The translations under genes were made by a program, and so were the position numbers. DNA of 64,000 bases from an uncultured delta proteobacterium (GTDB lineage: Bacteria; Myxococcota_A; UBA9160; UBA4427): the NCBI GenBank assembly GCA_963822965.1, contig CAWGJT010000005.1, positions 160,001 to 224,000 on the forward strand, given 5' to 3'. Positions 18,934 through 29,138 of this stretch are shown here, in pieces; the stretch's first letter is position 1; each line of letters opens with the position of its first letter. A model generated the notes under the pieces. The model did not search any database. It saw only the letters and a program-made list of their open reading frames with translations, and was not told the DNA's origin.

Positions 18934-19593
18934 ATGCATAGCGAGCCGCGTGCCCGCTCGGCCCTCGGGCGGGCTCCGGTGCCGCGCCCCACCTCGCCGC
19001 TCCAGAACACCCGCCTTCCCGCGACCGCCTGCGCGGCCCTCCTCGCCCTCGCGCTCTGCTCGTGCTCGAACGAGCTCTACCTCGCCGGCGATTCCTACGT
19101 CGGGATGATGGCGCCCTACATCGCCACGCATACCGGCTGTCCCACCTACGACTACACCATGAACGATCGCACGGCCGCCGAGGTGCTGGTCGAGGACGTG
19201 GACGCGATCGCCGATCGGGTCGCGGCGCTCGAGCCCGGTGTGAGGCCGGTGGTGATCCTATCGGCCGGCGCCGTCGACGAATCGCTCTGGGGCCCCGAGA
19301 TCACCGGAGTCATCGTCACCGAGCTCGGGAACGAGCTCCTCGCGATCGATCCACGCCTCGAGCTCTTTCACCTGGATTACGGAGTCGAGTCGGCGTCGGT
19401 TCCGTTGGGATTCTGGGACCGGGTGCCCTACGACGAGAACCCGCGCTGGCACCGGGTGCAGTTCCCGCAGCTGGTGGACGGCGAGATCAGCGGCGACGGG
19501 ATCCACCTGCCGCTGCCCGGCTACGTCGAGCGCCTGCTGGACCTCGTCATGCAGCATCCCACCCTCGTCTGCAACCACGCCCTGGAGCTCTGA
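18934..19593 (+). CDS. SGNH/GDSL-like hydrolase, possibly a lipoprotein
   Basis: Hydrophobic leader ending LCSC, then LAGDS, and a C-terminal DGIH. GGAGG RBS. Confidence 0.6.
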   Translation: MHSEPRARSALGRAPVPRPTSPLQNTRLPATACAALLALALCSCSNELYLAGDSYVGMMAPYIATHTGCPTYDYTMNDRTAAEVLVEDVDAIADRVAALEPGVRPVVILSAGAVDESLWGPEITGVIVTELGNELLAIDPRLELFHLDYGVESASVPLGFWDRVPYDENPRWHRVQFPQLVDGEISGDGIHLPLPGYVERLLDLVMQHPTLVCNHALEL

Positions 19594-20019
19594 CCCCGGT
19601 CCGACGGGCGGCCGGACCGGGGCGCCGGGAAGCCTCGAAGACCGCCCCGGCAAGCTGGGAGGGCACCGCCGGGACCGACGGAACGGGGTGCGTCCGTGGG
19701 CTTTCGGCAACTTCCGGCGCATCTCGGCGACGAGAAGGCTCGCATCCGGTGCTGCGTTTGGTGCAAACTGGGGCGCCAACCGCTTCGGGAGGACGAGATG
19801 CAGCGCCCGCGCCATCGGCTCGCCGCCCGCTTGCTCGTCGCCGGTACGGCTGGGCCGAGGCCAGCCTGCGCGGCCAGCCGGATCCCCAGAAGCGCATCCG
19901 CGAGGCCGTGGAAGCCCTCTTCGAGAACCGCGTCCGAGCGCGGAGCCCTGGATGAGACACGCCCAGAGCCCGCCCGTCGCAACACCCGCAATCCGACCCG
20001 TGGCAACAGGAGAACACGA

Positions 20020-20505
20020 ATGACCGCATCCGCGCTTCGCCTTCCGACCCGACCCGCGCTTCGCCGGTTGGCCACCTCACTGGCCGCTTCGCTCCTCCTC
20101 TTCGGGCTGGCCGGCTGCCAGGGCATGCCGTCGTCCGAGGCCACGCCCACCAGCGCCTGGAGCCAGACCCTCGTCACCCAGCTCGCCGGAGAGCTGCAGA
20201 GCCGCATGTCGACGCTCTACAACACCGCGCTGAAGGACCCCGAGTTCCACGGCGAGCAGGGCCCGTTCCAGCAGATCCTGAACGATATCCGCATCCTGCA
20301 GGAGAGCTCGGGCGAGCTCCACCAGCAGCTCGCGGACGGCAAGAGCCGCGCCGAGACGCTCGACACCTGGGAGAACATCCGGACCACCGCCCGGGACGCC
20401 CGGGAGAGCGCGGGCTGGACCCAGCTGCAAGACGACTTCCGGGCCAAGGCCGAGGCCGCGGTCGGCATCGTGGACCAGATCGAGCCCTACTACGGGGCCC
20501 CCTGA
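20020..20505 (+). CDS. Hypothetical helical lipoprotein
   Basis: Lipobox LAGC after a hydrophobic stretch. AGGAG RBS. Confidence 0.7.
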   Translation: MTASALRLPTRPALRRLATSLAASLLLFGLAGCQGMPSSEATPTSAWSQTLVTQLAGELQSRMSTLYNTALKDPEFHGEQGPFQQILNDIRILQESSGELHQQLADGKSRAETLDTWENIRTTARDARESAGWTQLQDDFRAKAEAAVGIVDQIEPYYGAP

Positions 20506-20516
20506 GCGGGGCGCGC

Positions 20517-21180
20517 ATGGCGGCGCCGGCAGCGATTCGCACACCCCGGGAGGCGCTCCCCGTCTTCCTGGGCCACGCGAGCCCGCGCATCCTGCTCGGC
20601 GCCCTCGCCCTCGTCGGCGCTCGCCCGTCTGGCGGCCGGGGGCTTCCGTCTCGCGGACCTCGCTCCCGTGGCGGTGCTGCTCGCCGTCTGGCCCTTGCAG
20701 GAGTGGCTGATCCACGTGCTCGTGCTCCACTGGCGGCCGCGCCGGCTGGCCGGGATCACGCTGGACTTCACGGTGCCCCGGAAGCACCGGGCGCATCACG
20801 CGGACCCGTCGGACCTCTCGCTCGTCTTCATTCCCGTGCACTCCTACGCCTACACGCTTCCGCTGCTCGTCCTGCTCGCGTTCGCCGTGAGCCCGGACGC
20901 ACGGCTCGCCGGGACCGGCCTCGCCGTGTACCTGGCTCTCGCGCTCCACTACGAGTGGGTGCACCTGCTGGCGCACACCCGCTGGAGCCCGCGCTGGGGA
21001 CCGTATCGCGCGCCGCTGCGGCAGCACCGGCTGCACCACTACAAGAACGAGCACTACTGGTTCGGCGTCACCCGCCGCGCCGCGGACCGCTGGCTGGGCA
21101 CGCGCCCGGCCCCCGAGGCGGTGCCGACCTCTCCCACGTGTCGCGCGCTGTTCGGGACCGACCCGGCGGCACCGGCCTGA
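20517..21180 (+). CDS. Sterol desaturase / fatty-acid hydroxylase family; apparent frameshift near 20630
   Basis: His boxes EWLIHVLVLH, HRAHH, YEWVHLLAH and HRLHH in the second frame. The N-terminus MAAPAAIRTPREALPVFLGHASPRILL is in another frame. Confidence 0.8.
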
Positions 21181-21239
21181 GCGGGGAGCGGCGCGCACGA
21201 CACGCGGCGACCCGCGGAGGGTGCGAGAGAGACGAGACC

Positions 21240-22034
21240 ATGCGCCACCGCCTCACCTCCTATCGCGGCCTCACCGTGCTGGTGACCGGCGCCTCGAGCG
21301 GAATCGGACGGCTGCTGGCCCTCCGCATGGCCGAGCGGGGTGCCCGACTCGCCCTGGTGGCGCGCCGGGCGGACGAGCTCGAGCGCGTGGCCCTCACCAT
21401 CCGCGAGGCGGGGGGCGAGGCCGAGGCGCTGCCCTGCGACGTGGCCGACCGCGAGCAGGCGGAGGCCTGCGCGGCGCGCGCCCTGGAGCGCTTCGGGGCC
21501 GTGGACGTGCTGGTGAACAACGCCGGCTACGGCCACCACCGCACCTTCCTGGAGTGGGACCTCGCGGACATGGAGCAGCTGATGCGGGTCAACTACCTGG
21601 GCGCGCTCTACTTCACCAAGCGGCTGCTGCCCGGCATGGTGGAGCGCGGACGGGGCTGGCTCGTCTTCGTCTCGTCGGTGGCCGGCCGGATCGCGTCGCC
21701 CGAGGAGGCCGCCTACGCGGCGTCGAAGTTCGCCCTGCTGGGGCTCGCCCGGGCGTTGTCGATGGAGGTCGAGGACGCCGGCGTGCACGTGCTGACCGTG
21801 TGCCCGGGCGTGATCCGCACGCCGTTCTTCGACGACGAGGCCCTTCGGCGCATGCCGGCGGTGTCGCGGCGGGGAATGGCGGAGCCGGAGGGTCTCGTCG
21901 GGGCGATCCTGCGGGCCCTGGCGAAGGGCCGGCGCGAGATCACCTATCCGCGCTGGATCGCCTCGGGCTACCTCGTGCAGGCCCTGGCCCCGGGGTTCAT
22001 GCGGCGACAGGTCCGGCGCACCACCCTCGGCTGA
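21240..22034 (+). CDS. Short-chain dehydrogenase/reductase
   Basis: TGASSGIG, VNNAG and YAASK. Confidence 0.93.
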   Translation: MRHRLTSYRGLTVLVTGASSGIGRLLALRMAERGARLALVARRADELERVALTIREAGGEAEALPCDVADREQAEACAARALERFGAVDVLVNNAGYGHHRTFLEWDLADMEQLMRVNYLGALYFTKRLLPGMVERGRGWLVFVSSVAGRIASPEEAAYAASKFALLGLARALSMEVEDAGVHVLTVCPGVIRTPFFDDEALRRMPAVSRRGMAEPEGLVGAILRALAKGRREITYPRWIASGYLVQALAPGFMRRQVRRTTLG

Positions 22035-22059
22035 GACCCACCGTGGCCCCGTGACGCCC

Positions 22060-23457
22060 TCACCCGGGCGTCTCCTCCCCCGGCGCCGGATCGTGCCAGC
22101 CGCCGAACCGGTGGATCATGGCGTCCGCGGCCGCGGGACCCCAGCTGTCGGCCTCGTAGCGGCTCGACGGGCTTCTCGACTCGCATCACCGGGTCGATGA
22201 TCCGCCACGCCGCCTCCACCATGTCCTCGCGGGCGAAGAGGGTGGGATCGCCGTCGAGCGCGTCGCCGATCAGGCGCTCGTAGGCGGTCATCTTCTCGGC
22301 GCTCTGCCGGCACACCGCCAGCTCGACGGGCTCGCCCACCATCTCCTCGCCCGGCGTCTTCGCGCGGGCGCCGAGTGCCGATGACGACCTCGGGCGAGAG
22401 CCGGAAGCGAAGATGGTTGGGCTCGCCGTCGTTGGCGCGTCCGAAGACCGCGTGGGGCGGCCGCCGCAGCTCCACCCGCACCTCGGTCGCCGTGGTGGCG
22501 AGCCGCTTGCCCGTGCGGATGAAGACGGGCACGCCCGCCCAGCGCCAGGAGTCGATGTGGAGCTGCATGGCCGCGTAGGTCTCGACGTCCGAGTCCGACG
22601 CGACGCCGTCCTCGTCGCGATAGCCGCGGTACTGGCCGCGCACGAGGCTCCGCCCGGTGAGCGGGCGCACGGCCTTCAGCGCCTTGACCTGCTCGTCGCG
22701 GACGTCCTCCGACGCCGGCGACACCGGCGGCTCCATGGTCAGCAGCGCGACGATCTGGAGCATGTGGTTCTGCACCACGTCGCGGATGGCCCCGACCTCT
22801 TCGTAGAAGGCGCCCCGCCCCGCGACGCCGAAGCGCTCCGCGAGGGTGATCTGGATGCTCTCCACCCAGGTGCGATTCCAGATGGGCTCCACGAACGAGT
22901 TGACGAAGCGGAAGTAGAGCAGGTTCTGGACGGCCTCCTTGCCCATGAAGTGGTCGATGCGGAAGACCGACGCGGGCGGGAACGCCGCGCGCGAGCGCCT
23001 CGTTCAGGGCCCGGGCCGAGGCGAGGTCGCGCCCGAAGGGCTTCTCCACCACCACCCTTCCGTCGCGCCGGCAGCCGGACTCGTCCAGCTGCCCCACCAC
23101 GCCGCCGAACAGGCTCGGCGGGATGGCCAGGTAGTGGAGCGGGCGCTTCGCGTCGCCCAGCGCCTTCCCCAGCTGCGCGAAGGTCTTCTCGTCCCGATAG
23201 TCGCCGTCCACGTACTGGATGCGCTCCGCCAGGCGCTGCAGCACCTCGGGGTCGGGATCGCGCTCGGCGGCGGCGACGCTCTCGAGGAAGCGCTTGCGCA
23301 GGTCCTGCACCGTCATGCCGGAGAGCGCGACCCCCACCACGGGAAGACCGAGCCGCCCCCGCGCCTCCAGCCGGTAGATCGCGGGGAAGATCATCTTGAA
23401 CGCCAGGTCTCCGGTGGCGCCGAAGAGCACCAACGCATCGCAGCGTGAGCGGGTCAT
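22060..23457 (-). CDS. zwf: Glucose-6-phosphate 1-dehydrogenase; three apparent frameshifts (near 22990, 22375 and 22160)
   Basis: FGATGDLA, VVEKPFGRDL, RIDHFMGKEAVQN, IRDVVQNH, WRWAGVPVFIRTGK and AYERLIGDALDGD, spread over different frames. Confidence 0.92.
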
Positions 23458-23688
23458 GCGCGCTTCTCCTGACTGACCGGCCGACCCGGCGTGGACCGGC
23501 CTGCACCGCAAGCGAATCCGGAGGATTCCTCGGCTACGCTCGTCTCCTCCGGAAGGCGTCCTGCGTACGGAACGATGGACACCTCGTGGGCGGCCCTCGT
23601 TCGCCGCCGCGCGAGGTCCGGGTGTGAGGGTCGCCCGGCTCCGGCGTCCGCGCCAGCGAACGCGCCGGGGGGCGGCAGCGTCGAACGA

Positions 23689-23726
23689 ACGTAGGGCGAA
23701 CGCAGAGACGTAGGGCGAACACAGAG
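23689..23726 (+). repeat. 19-bp tandem duplication abutting the gnd RBS
   Basis: ACGTAGGGCGAACGCAGAG followed by ACGTAGGGCGAACACAGAG (1 mismatch). Confidence 0.85.
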
Positions 23727-23737
23727 GAGGAAATCGC

Positions 23738-24754
23738 GTGCAGATCGGAATGATCGGGCTGGGGCGCATGGGCTCACACATGGTGCGTCGCCTTCGACGC
23801 GACGGACACGCGTGCGTCGTGCACGACCGCGACGAGGCGGCGGCCGCGGCGCTCGCCGACTGCGGCGCCACCGCGGCGGCGACGCCCGAGGCGCTCGTCG
23901 CCGCGCTGGAAGCGCCGCGACACATCTGGATGATGGTTCCCGCGGCGGTGGTCGACGACGTCGTGCAGGATCTGGCGCAGCGGCTCTCGCCCGGCGACGT
24001 GGTGATCGACGGCGGAAACTCCAACTATCGGGACGACCTGCGGCGGGCGGCGCTGCTGGCGGAGCGCGGCGTCCGCTACGTGGACGTGGGCACGAGCGGC
24101 GGCATCTGGGGGCTCGACAACGGCTACTGCCTCATGATCGGCGGCGACGACGAGGTCGTGTCCCGGCTCGAGCCCGTCTTCGCCTCCCTCGCGCCGGGCG
24201 CGGACGCCGCGCCGCCCACCCCCGGCCGCAGCCCCGGCCAGGGCACCGCCGACCGCGGCTTCCTCCACTGCGGGCCGGTGGGCGCGGGACACTTCGTGAA
24301 GATGGTGCACAACGGCATCGAGTACGGCGTGATGGCCGCCTACAGCGAAGGCCTGAACGTCTTGCGCCACGCCGCCGGGGCGGGCGCCGCGCGGGCCCGG
24401 GACGCGGAGACGGCGCCCGAGCGCGACGACGTCCCCGCCTACGAGCTGCCCATCCCCGAGATCGCCGAGGTCTGGCGGCGGGGAAGCGTCATCCGCTCGT
24501 GGCTGCTCGATCTCGCGGCCACCGCCCTGCAGAAGGACGCAGACCTCGAGGCCTTCTCGGAGCACGTGGCCGACTCGGGAGAAGGACGCTGGACCGTGGA
24601 GACCGCCCTCGAGCTGGGCTCGCCAGCGCCGGTCCTGACGATGGCCCTCTACGGCCGCTTCGCCTCCCGGGGCGAGGACGACTACAGCCGCCGGGTGCTG
24701 TCCGCCCTGCGCTCGGCCTTCGGCGGCCACGGCAGCCTGCCGTCGGGAGCCTGA
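23738..24754 (+). CDS. gnd: 6-phosphogluconate dehydrogenase (decarboxylating, short form)
   Basis: GLGRMG, IDGGNS, DVGTSGG, GHFVKMVHNGIEYG, SVIRSWLL, DSGEGRW and FGGH. Confidence 0.95.
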   Translation: MQIGMIGLGRMGSHMVRRLRRDGHACVVHDRDEAAAAALADCGATAAATPEALVAALEAPRHIWMMVPAAVVDDVVQDLAQRLSPGDVVIDGGNSNYRDDLRRAALLAERGVRYVDVGTSGGIWGLDNGYCLMIGGDDEVVSRLEPVFASLAPGADAAPPTPGRSPGQGTADRGFLHCGPVGAGHFVKMVHNGIEYGVMAAYSEGLNVLRHAAGAGAARARDAETAPERDDVPAYELPIPEIAEVWRRGSVIRSWLLDLAATALQKDADLEAFSEHVADSGEGRWTVETALELGSPAPVLTMALYGRFASRGEDDYSRRVLSALRSAFGGHGSLPSGA

Positions 24755-24868
24755 GGGCGGGCCGCGCACAGCGGACACGGGAAGCGGCGCCGGGACGAGC
24801 CGGCGAGCCACGACGAGCGGGTCGCGGTGCCCGGCGGCGGCGGCCCGACCGTGGCTTGCGGGTGCCGA

Positions 24869-25261
24869 TCAATCCTCGCCGTCATCGTCCCCGAAGAGCC
24901 ATGTCTCCGCCGGAGCGGCCGTGCGAAACGCCCGCACCAGAAGGCCCGGGACCTCCCCGGCGTAGACGGAGGCGGCCCGCGCCATCCCGTAGGTCGAGTC
25001 ACGCGGCGCGACGACCGCGCAGCGGCAAGGAACGATGCGTTCCCCCAGCGACGCAGCGAGCCCGAGGATCCCTCGGACCGTCGGCATCGAAGACACGCCC
25101 TCCACCCCGGAGAGATCGCAGAGGATCCTCAAGCCCCCCTGAACACGCGGCTCACTCGCGAGAGCCGCCGCCAGCTCCTCGAGGTTCCAGGTGTCGGAAG
25201 TCCCGCTCAGCGCGAAGCGCAGCAACGGGACGTCGGCATCGATCGAGTACGAAGTCGGCAC
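24869..25261 (-). CDS. Hypothetical protein, SpoIIAA/STAS-SEC14-like
   Basis: ILCDLS...AVVAP....YGMAR...VRAFRTAAPAETWL pattern, typical of this small alpha/beta family. Confidence 0.55.
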   Translation of the reverse strand: MPTSYSIDADVPLLRFALSGTSDTWNLEELAAALASEPRVQGGLRILCDLSGVEGVSSMPTVRGILGLAASLGERIVPCRCAVVAPRDSTYGMARAASVYAGEVPGLLVRAFRTAAPAETWLFGDDDGED

Positions 25262-25711
25262 GCCGCCACTCCAGAGTCAATCCGCACCAGCACGCGGCTT
25301 CCCGAGAAGTCTGGACTGTCCTGGAACCGGAGAGTGTCAGCAAAATGGAGCGGAAATGCCAACACCGACACCATATGGCGCCATTGGCGGAGACGGGCGC
25401 CACGGCTCGACGACGTCCTGCTGAAGTGGTGAACGGGGTTTGCGGCCATGCGCCAGAACAAGGCCTGGTTGAACGCGGCCCGTAAGCTCGGTTGCAACCT
25501 GCAGCCCAGGACGTGATCGAGCTGCGCTGCCTCGCAGACGAACCCCTCCGCAGACGACAGATCGCAGGGCACCTGGGACTCACCCCAAGACTCCCGACCG
25601 CTGACGCGCTCGACCGCCTGGAGCACACCAGGCGACGAGCGGGCGACAGGTCGAAAGCGGGCTGGAAGTCGCCCAAGCCCCCGAAACTCTTGAAGTCCCG
25701 ACCCGGAAGCA

Positions 25712-25787
25712 TGGTCGGGGTGGTGGGATTCGAACCCACGACGCTGAACCCCCAAAGTTCAGGCTCTAGCCACTGAGCTACACCCCG
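25712..25787 (-). tRNA. tRNA-Pro (anticodon UGG), CCA encoded
   Basis: CGGGGTG-TA-GCTC/GAGC D arm, TGAAC-TTTGGGG-GTTCA anticodon arm, GTGGG-TTCGAAT-CCCAC T arm, then CACCCCG-ACCA. C1:G72 and A73 are proline identity elements. Confidence 0.96.
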
Positions 25788-25881
25788 TACGGGCGGGACC
25801 GTACCACGCCGGGTCCCGCCGCCGCTCGGGGGCGTCCCGGCCCGCGGCGTGCTATCCCCCGGGTTTCGCAGCACTTTCCTC

Positions 25882-25947
25882 TCTTGTGTCCAGCCCCGGC
25901 GGATCTTGTGTCCAGCCCCGGCGGATCTCGTGTCCAGCCCCGACGGA
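25882..25947 (+). repeat. 22-bp tandem repeat x3 upstream of leuC
   Basis: TCTTGTGTCCAGCCCCGGCGGA twice, then TCTCGTGTCCAGCCCCGACGGA. Confidence 0.93.
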
Positions 25948-25967
25948 GCCATCGAGCGAGTCCTTGC

Positions 25968-27384
25968 ATGAGCAATCCCCCCCACAAGCACAACCTCTTC
26001 GACAAGGTCTGGGAGCTGCATCGGGTCCGCGAGCTTCCGAGCGGCCAGATCCAGCTCTTCATCGGCACGCACCTGGTGCACGAGGTCACGAGCCCCCAGG
26101 CGTTCGCCATGCTGCGCGAGCGCGGGCTTCCGGTCGCCTATCCCGACCGCACGTTCGCCACCGTGGACCACATCATCCCGACCGACTCCCAGCTGCGTCC
26201 GCTCTCGGACGAATTGGCCGAGGCGATGATGACCGAGCTCGAGCGCAACTGTCGCGAGCACGGCATCCGGCTCTTCGACGCGTCGAGTGGCGCCCAGGGC
26301 ATCGTGCACGTGATCGGCCCCGAGCTGGGCATCACCCTGCCCGGCTCCACCATCGCCTGCGGCGACAGCCACACCAGCACCCACGGCGCCTTCGGCGCCA
26401 TCGCCTTCGGCATCGGCACGAGCCAGGTGCGCGACGTGCTCGCCACCCAGTGCCTGGCGATGGCGCGCCTCGAGGTCCGGCGCATCGAGACCACCGGCAA
26501 GCTCTCGTCGGGCGTCTACGCGAAGGACGTCACCCTGGCCATCATCCGGCAGCTCGGGGTGAACGGCGGCGTGGGATACGCGTACGAGTACGCGGGCCCG
26601 GTCATCGAGGCGATGAGCCTCGAGGAGCGCATGACCGTCTGCAACATGTCCATCGAGGGCGGCGCGCGCTGCGGCTACGTGAACCCCGACGACACCACCT
26701 ACGAGTATCTTCGCGGGCGCCCCTATGCGCCCCAGGGCGAGGCGTTCGAGCGGGCGGTGGCCTGGTGGCGAAGCATCGCGAGCGAGCCCGGCGCCCACTA
26801 CGACGACGTGGTGCAGGTGGACGGCAGCCGCATCGCGCCCACGGTCACCTGGGGGATCAACCCGGGGCAGAACCTCGGCGTCGACGAGCGCATCCCGACG
26901 ATCTACGGCACCCCGGACGACGAGCGGGCGTCCGTCGCCGAGGCGCTCGAGTACATGGATCTGCGGGCGGGCGCACCCATCGCCGGCACCCCCATCGACG
27001 TGGCCTTCATCGGCAGCTGCACGAACGGGCGCATCTCCGACCTGCGCGAGGCGGCGCGGGTGGCCCGCACCGGCCGCGTGGCGTCCGGCGTGCGGGCGCT
27101 TGGTGGTGCCGGGCAGCCAGGCGGTGGCGCGCCAGGCCGAGGAGGAGGGCCTCGACGAGGTGTTCCGCGCCGCGGGCTTCCAGTGGCGCGAGCCCGGCTG
27201 CTCCATGTGCCTGGCCATGAACCCGGACAAGCTCGTCGGCCGCGAGATCTGCGCGTCCTCGAGCAATCGCAACTTCAAGGGCCGGCAGGGGTCGCCGACG
27301 GGACGCACGCTGCTGATGTCGCCGGCCATGGTGGCCGCGGCGGCCCTCCACGGAAAGGTCGTCGACGTGCGGGAGGTGCTGTGA
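25968..27384 (+). CDS. leuC: 3-isopropylmalate dehydratase large subunit; apparent frameshift near 27100
   Basis: [32 protein letters not shown] and FIGSCTNGR, then in a shifted frame [17 protein letters not shown] and [12 protein letters not shown]. Confidence 0.95.
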
Positions 27385-28001
27385 TGGCGAGCACGGTCAT
27401 CGAGAAGGTCGAGGGCCGGGCCTGTGTGATGCACGGGGACGACATCGACACGGACCGCATCATCCCCGCCCGCTTCATGAAGGTGGTGACCTTCGACGAC
27501 GTGGGCGAGCACGCCTTCGAGGACGACCGCAAGGCCGCCAAGGGCAACCATCCCCTGGACGACGAGCGCTACGCGGGCGCCAGCATCCTGGTGGTGGAGC
27601 GCAACTTCGGCTGCGGTTCGTCGCGCGAGCACGCGCCCCAGGCGCTGATGCGCTTCGGCTTCAACGGCTTCGTCGGCGCCTCGTTCGCCGAGATCTTCGC
27701 CGGAAACTGCACGGCCCTCGGGCTGGTGTGCGCCACCCTCGAGGAGCACGACCTCGAGAACCTGATGCAGAGCGTCGAGCTCGACCCCGAGCAGACCCTC
27801 ACCATCAGCGTGGCCGAGGAGACGGTGACCTCCCGGGCCGGGACGGTGCCCGCGTCGATTCCGGCGGGCACCCGCCGCCAGCTGCTGGAAGGCACCTGGG
27901 ACGCGACGGCGATGCTGCTCGACGGCGCGGACGCCGTGGCGGAGACGGCGGCGCGGCTGCCTTATGTAGGCGGGTTCGCGAGCGCGAACCCGCAGGGCTG
28001 A
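27384..28001 (+). CDS. leuD: 3-isopropylmalate dehydratase small subunit
   Basis: [25 protein letters not shown] and [14 protein letters not shown] overlap with leuC. Confidence 0.95.
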   Translation: MASTVIEKVEGRACVMHGDDIDTDRIIPARFMKVVTFDDVGEHAFEDDRKAAKGNHPLDDERYAGASILVVERNFGCGSSREHAPQALMRFGFNGFVGASFAEIFAGNCTALGLVCATLEEHDLENLMQSVELDPEQTLTISVAEETVTSRAGTVPASIPAGTRRQLLEGTWDATAMLLDGADAVAETAARLPYVGGFASANPQG

Positions 28002-28148
28002 AGGTTCTTGTGAGCGGGTTCGCGAGCGGCGAACCCGCAGGGCTGAAGGCTCTTGTGAGCGCGTTCGCCGCGACGGCGAGCCCGCAGGGCCGAAGGCTCT
28101 TGTGAGCGGGTTCGCGACCGCGAACCCGCAGAGCCGAAGGCTCTGTCA
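27970..28148. repeat. Four tandem 43-47-bp palindromic (REP-like) units
   Basis: Unit is approximately GCGGGTTCGC-(4-7 nt)-GCGAACCCGC-AGGGCYGAAGGCTCTTGTGA. Units start at 27970, 28014, 28059 and 28106. Confidence 0.9.
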
Positions 28149-28177
28149 GCGGCTTCGCCGGCTGAGCGCGGGCCGGG

Positions 28178-28954
28178 TCACTTGCCCCGGAACACCGGGT
28201 CGCGCTTCTCGAGGAAGGCGGCGAGGCCCTCGCTCTTGTCTTCGCTGGCGAAGAGGCCGCCGAAGGTCGACTGCTCCAGCCGGTGGGCGACGCGCACGTC
28301 CGCGTCCTGGGCCTCCTGCAGCACCCGCTTGGCGGACGCCACCGCCAGCGGACCGTTCTTCGCGATGGTCTCGCCCATCTCGACGGACTTCGGCAGCAGC
28401 TCGTCGGGCTCGAACACCCGGTTCACCAGGCCCATGGCGAGGGCCTCGTCCGCCTTGCAGCTCTGCCCGCCGAGGATGATCTCCTTGGCCCGGGCCAACC
28501 CCACCCGGCGCGTCACGCGGCTGGTGCCGCCGAAGCCGGGGATGAGCCCGAGCTTCACCTCGGGCTGGCCGAAGACCGCCTTGCTCGAGGCGTAGATCCA
28601 GTCGCACGCGCAGGCGAGCTCGCAGCCGCCGCCCAGCGCGAAGCCGTTCACGGCGGCGATGGTCGGTACGGCGAGGGCCTCCAGGGCGCCGAAGGTGTCG
28701 TGGCCCAGGCGGCTGAAGGCCTCGGCCTCGAGCGGGCTCATGCGGCTCATGGCCTCGATGTCGGCACCGGCCGCGAAGGCGCGCCCGGCCCCGGTGACGA
28801 CGAGGGCGCGGACCTCGGCGTCCCGGCCCACTGCCGCGACCGCCTCGCCCAGGGCGGCGAGCAGGGCCGCGTCCAGGGCGTTCAAGGCGTCGGGTCGGTC
28901 CAGGGTGAGGAGCGCCACGGGGCCGCGGCGCTCACGGCGTACGAGATCCGCCAA
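28178..28954 (-). CDS. Enoyl-CoA hydratase (crotonase family)
   Basis: LDRPDALNAL, AFAAGADI, AVNGFALGGGCELA and FGQPEVKLGLIPGFGG. TTG start after a GGAGAGG RBS. Confidence 0.93.
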   Translation of the reverse strand: MADLVRRERRGPVALLTLDRPDALNALDAALLAALGEAVAAVGRDAEVRALVVTGAGRAFAAGADIEAMSRMSPLEAEAFSRLGHDTFGALEALAVPTIAAVNGFALGGGCELACACDWIYASSKAVFGQPEVKLGLIPGFGGTSRVTRRVGLARAKEIILGGQSCKADEALAMGLVNRVFEPDELLPKSVEMGETIAKNGPLAVASAKRVLQEAQDADVRVAHRLEQSTFGGLFASEDKSEGLAAFLEKRDPVFRGK

Positions 28955-29138
28955 GGAAGCCTCTCCTGTCGTTCGTTCCCCTCGCAGCGGCCGCTCTCCC
29001 GCCGCTCTCCGTGAACGGCCGGGGGTCGACGTCCTGTGTCGGGGAACGCGAGACTCTATCATAGGCGCCACCGCGAAGAGCGCCGCGAGCCACCGCAGCG
29101 GAGCCCACGAGAGCGCGAAGCGCGAGAAGGAGAAACCG

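Noticed and set aside
22060..23457. Programmed ribosomal frameshifting in zwf, leuC or others
   Set aside because: No slippery heptamers were seen at the shift sites, some genes have several shifts, and the same pattern occurs in unrelated genes. Sequencing indels are the simpler explanation.
25882..25947. Possible mini-CRISPR or plasmid iterons
   Set aside because: The repeats are head-to-tail without spacers, and there is no Rep gene or AT-rich origin nearby.
25884..28001. Apparent 705-aa LeuC-LeuD fusion ORF
   Set aside because: A single indel near 27100 shifts leuC into the leuD frame. The essential CSMC and SNRNF motifs lie in another frame, which ends at a normal TGATG junction at 27382-27386.
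27970..28148. Possible CRISPR array
   Set aside because: The units are contiguous with no unique 25-45-bp spacers, and no cas genes are present in the window.
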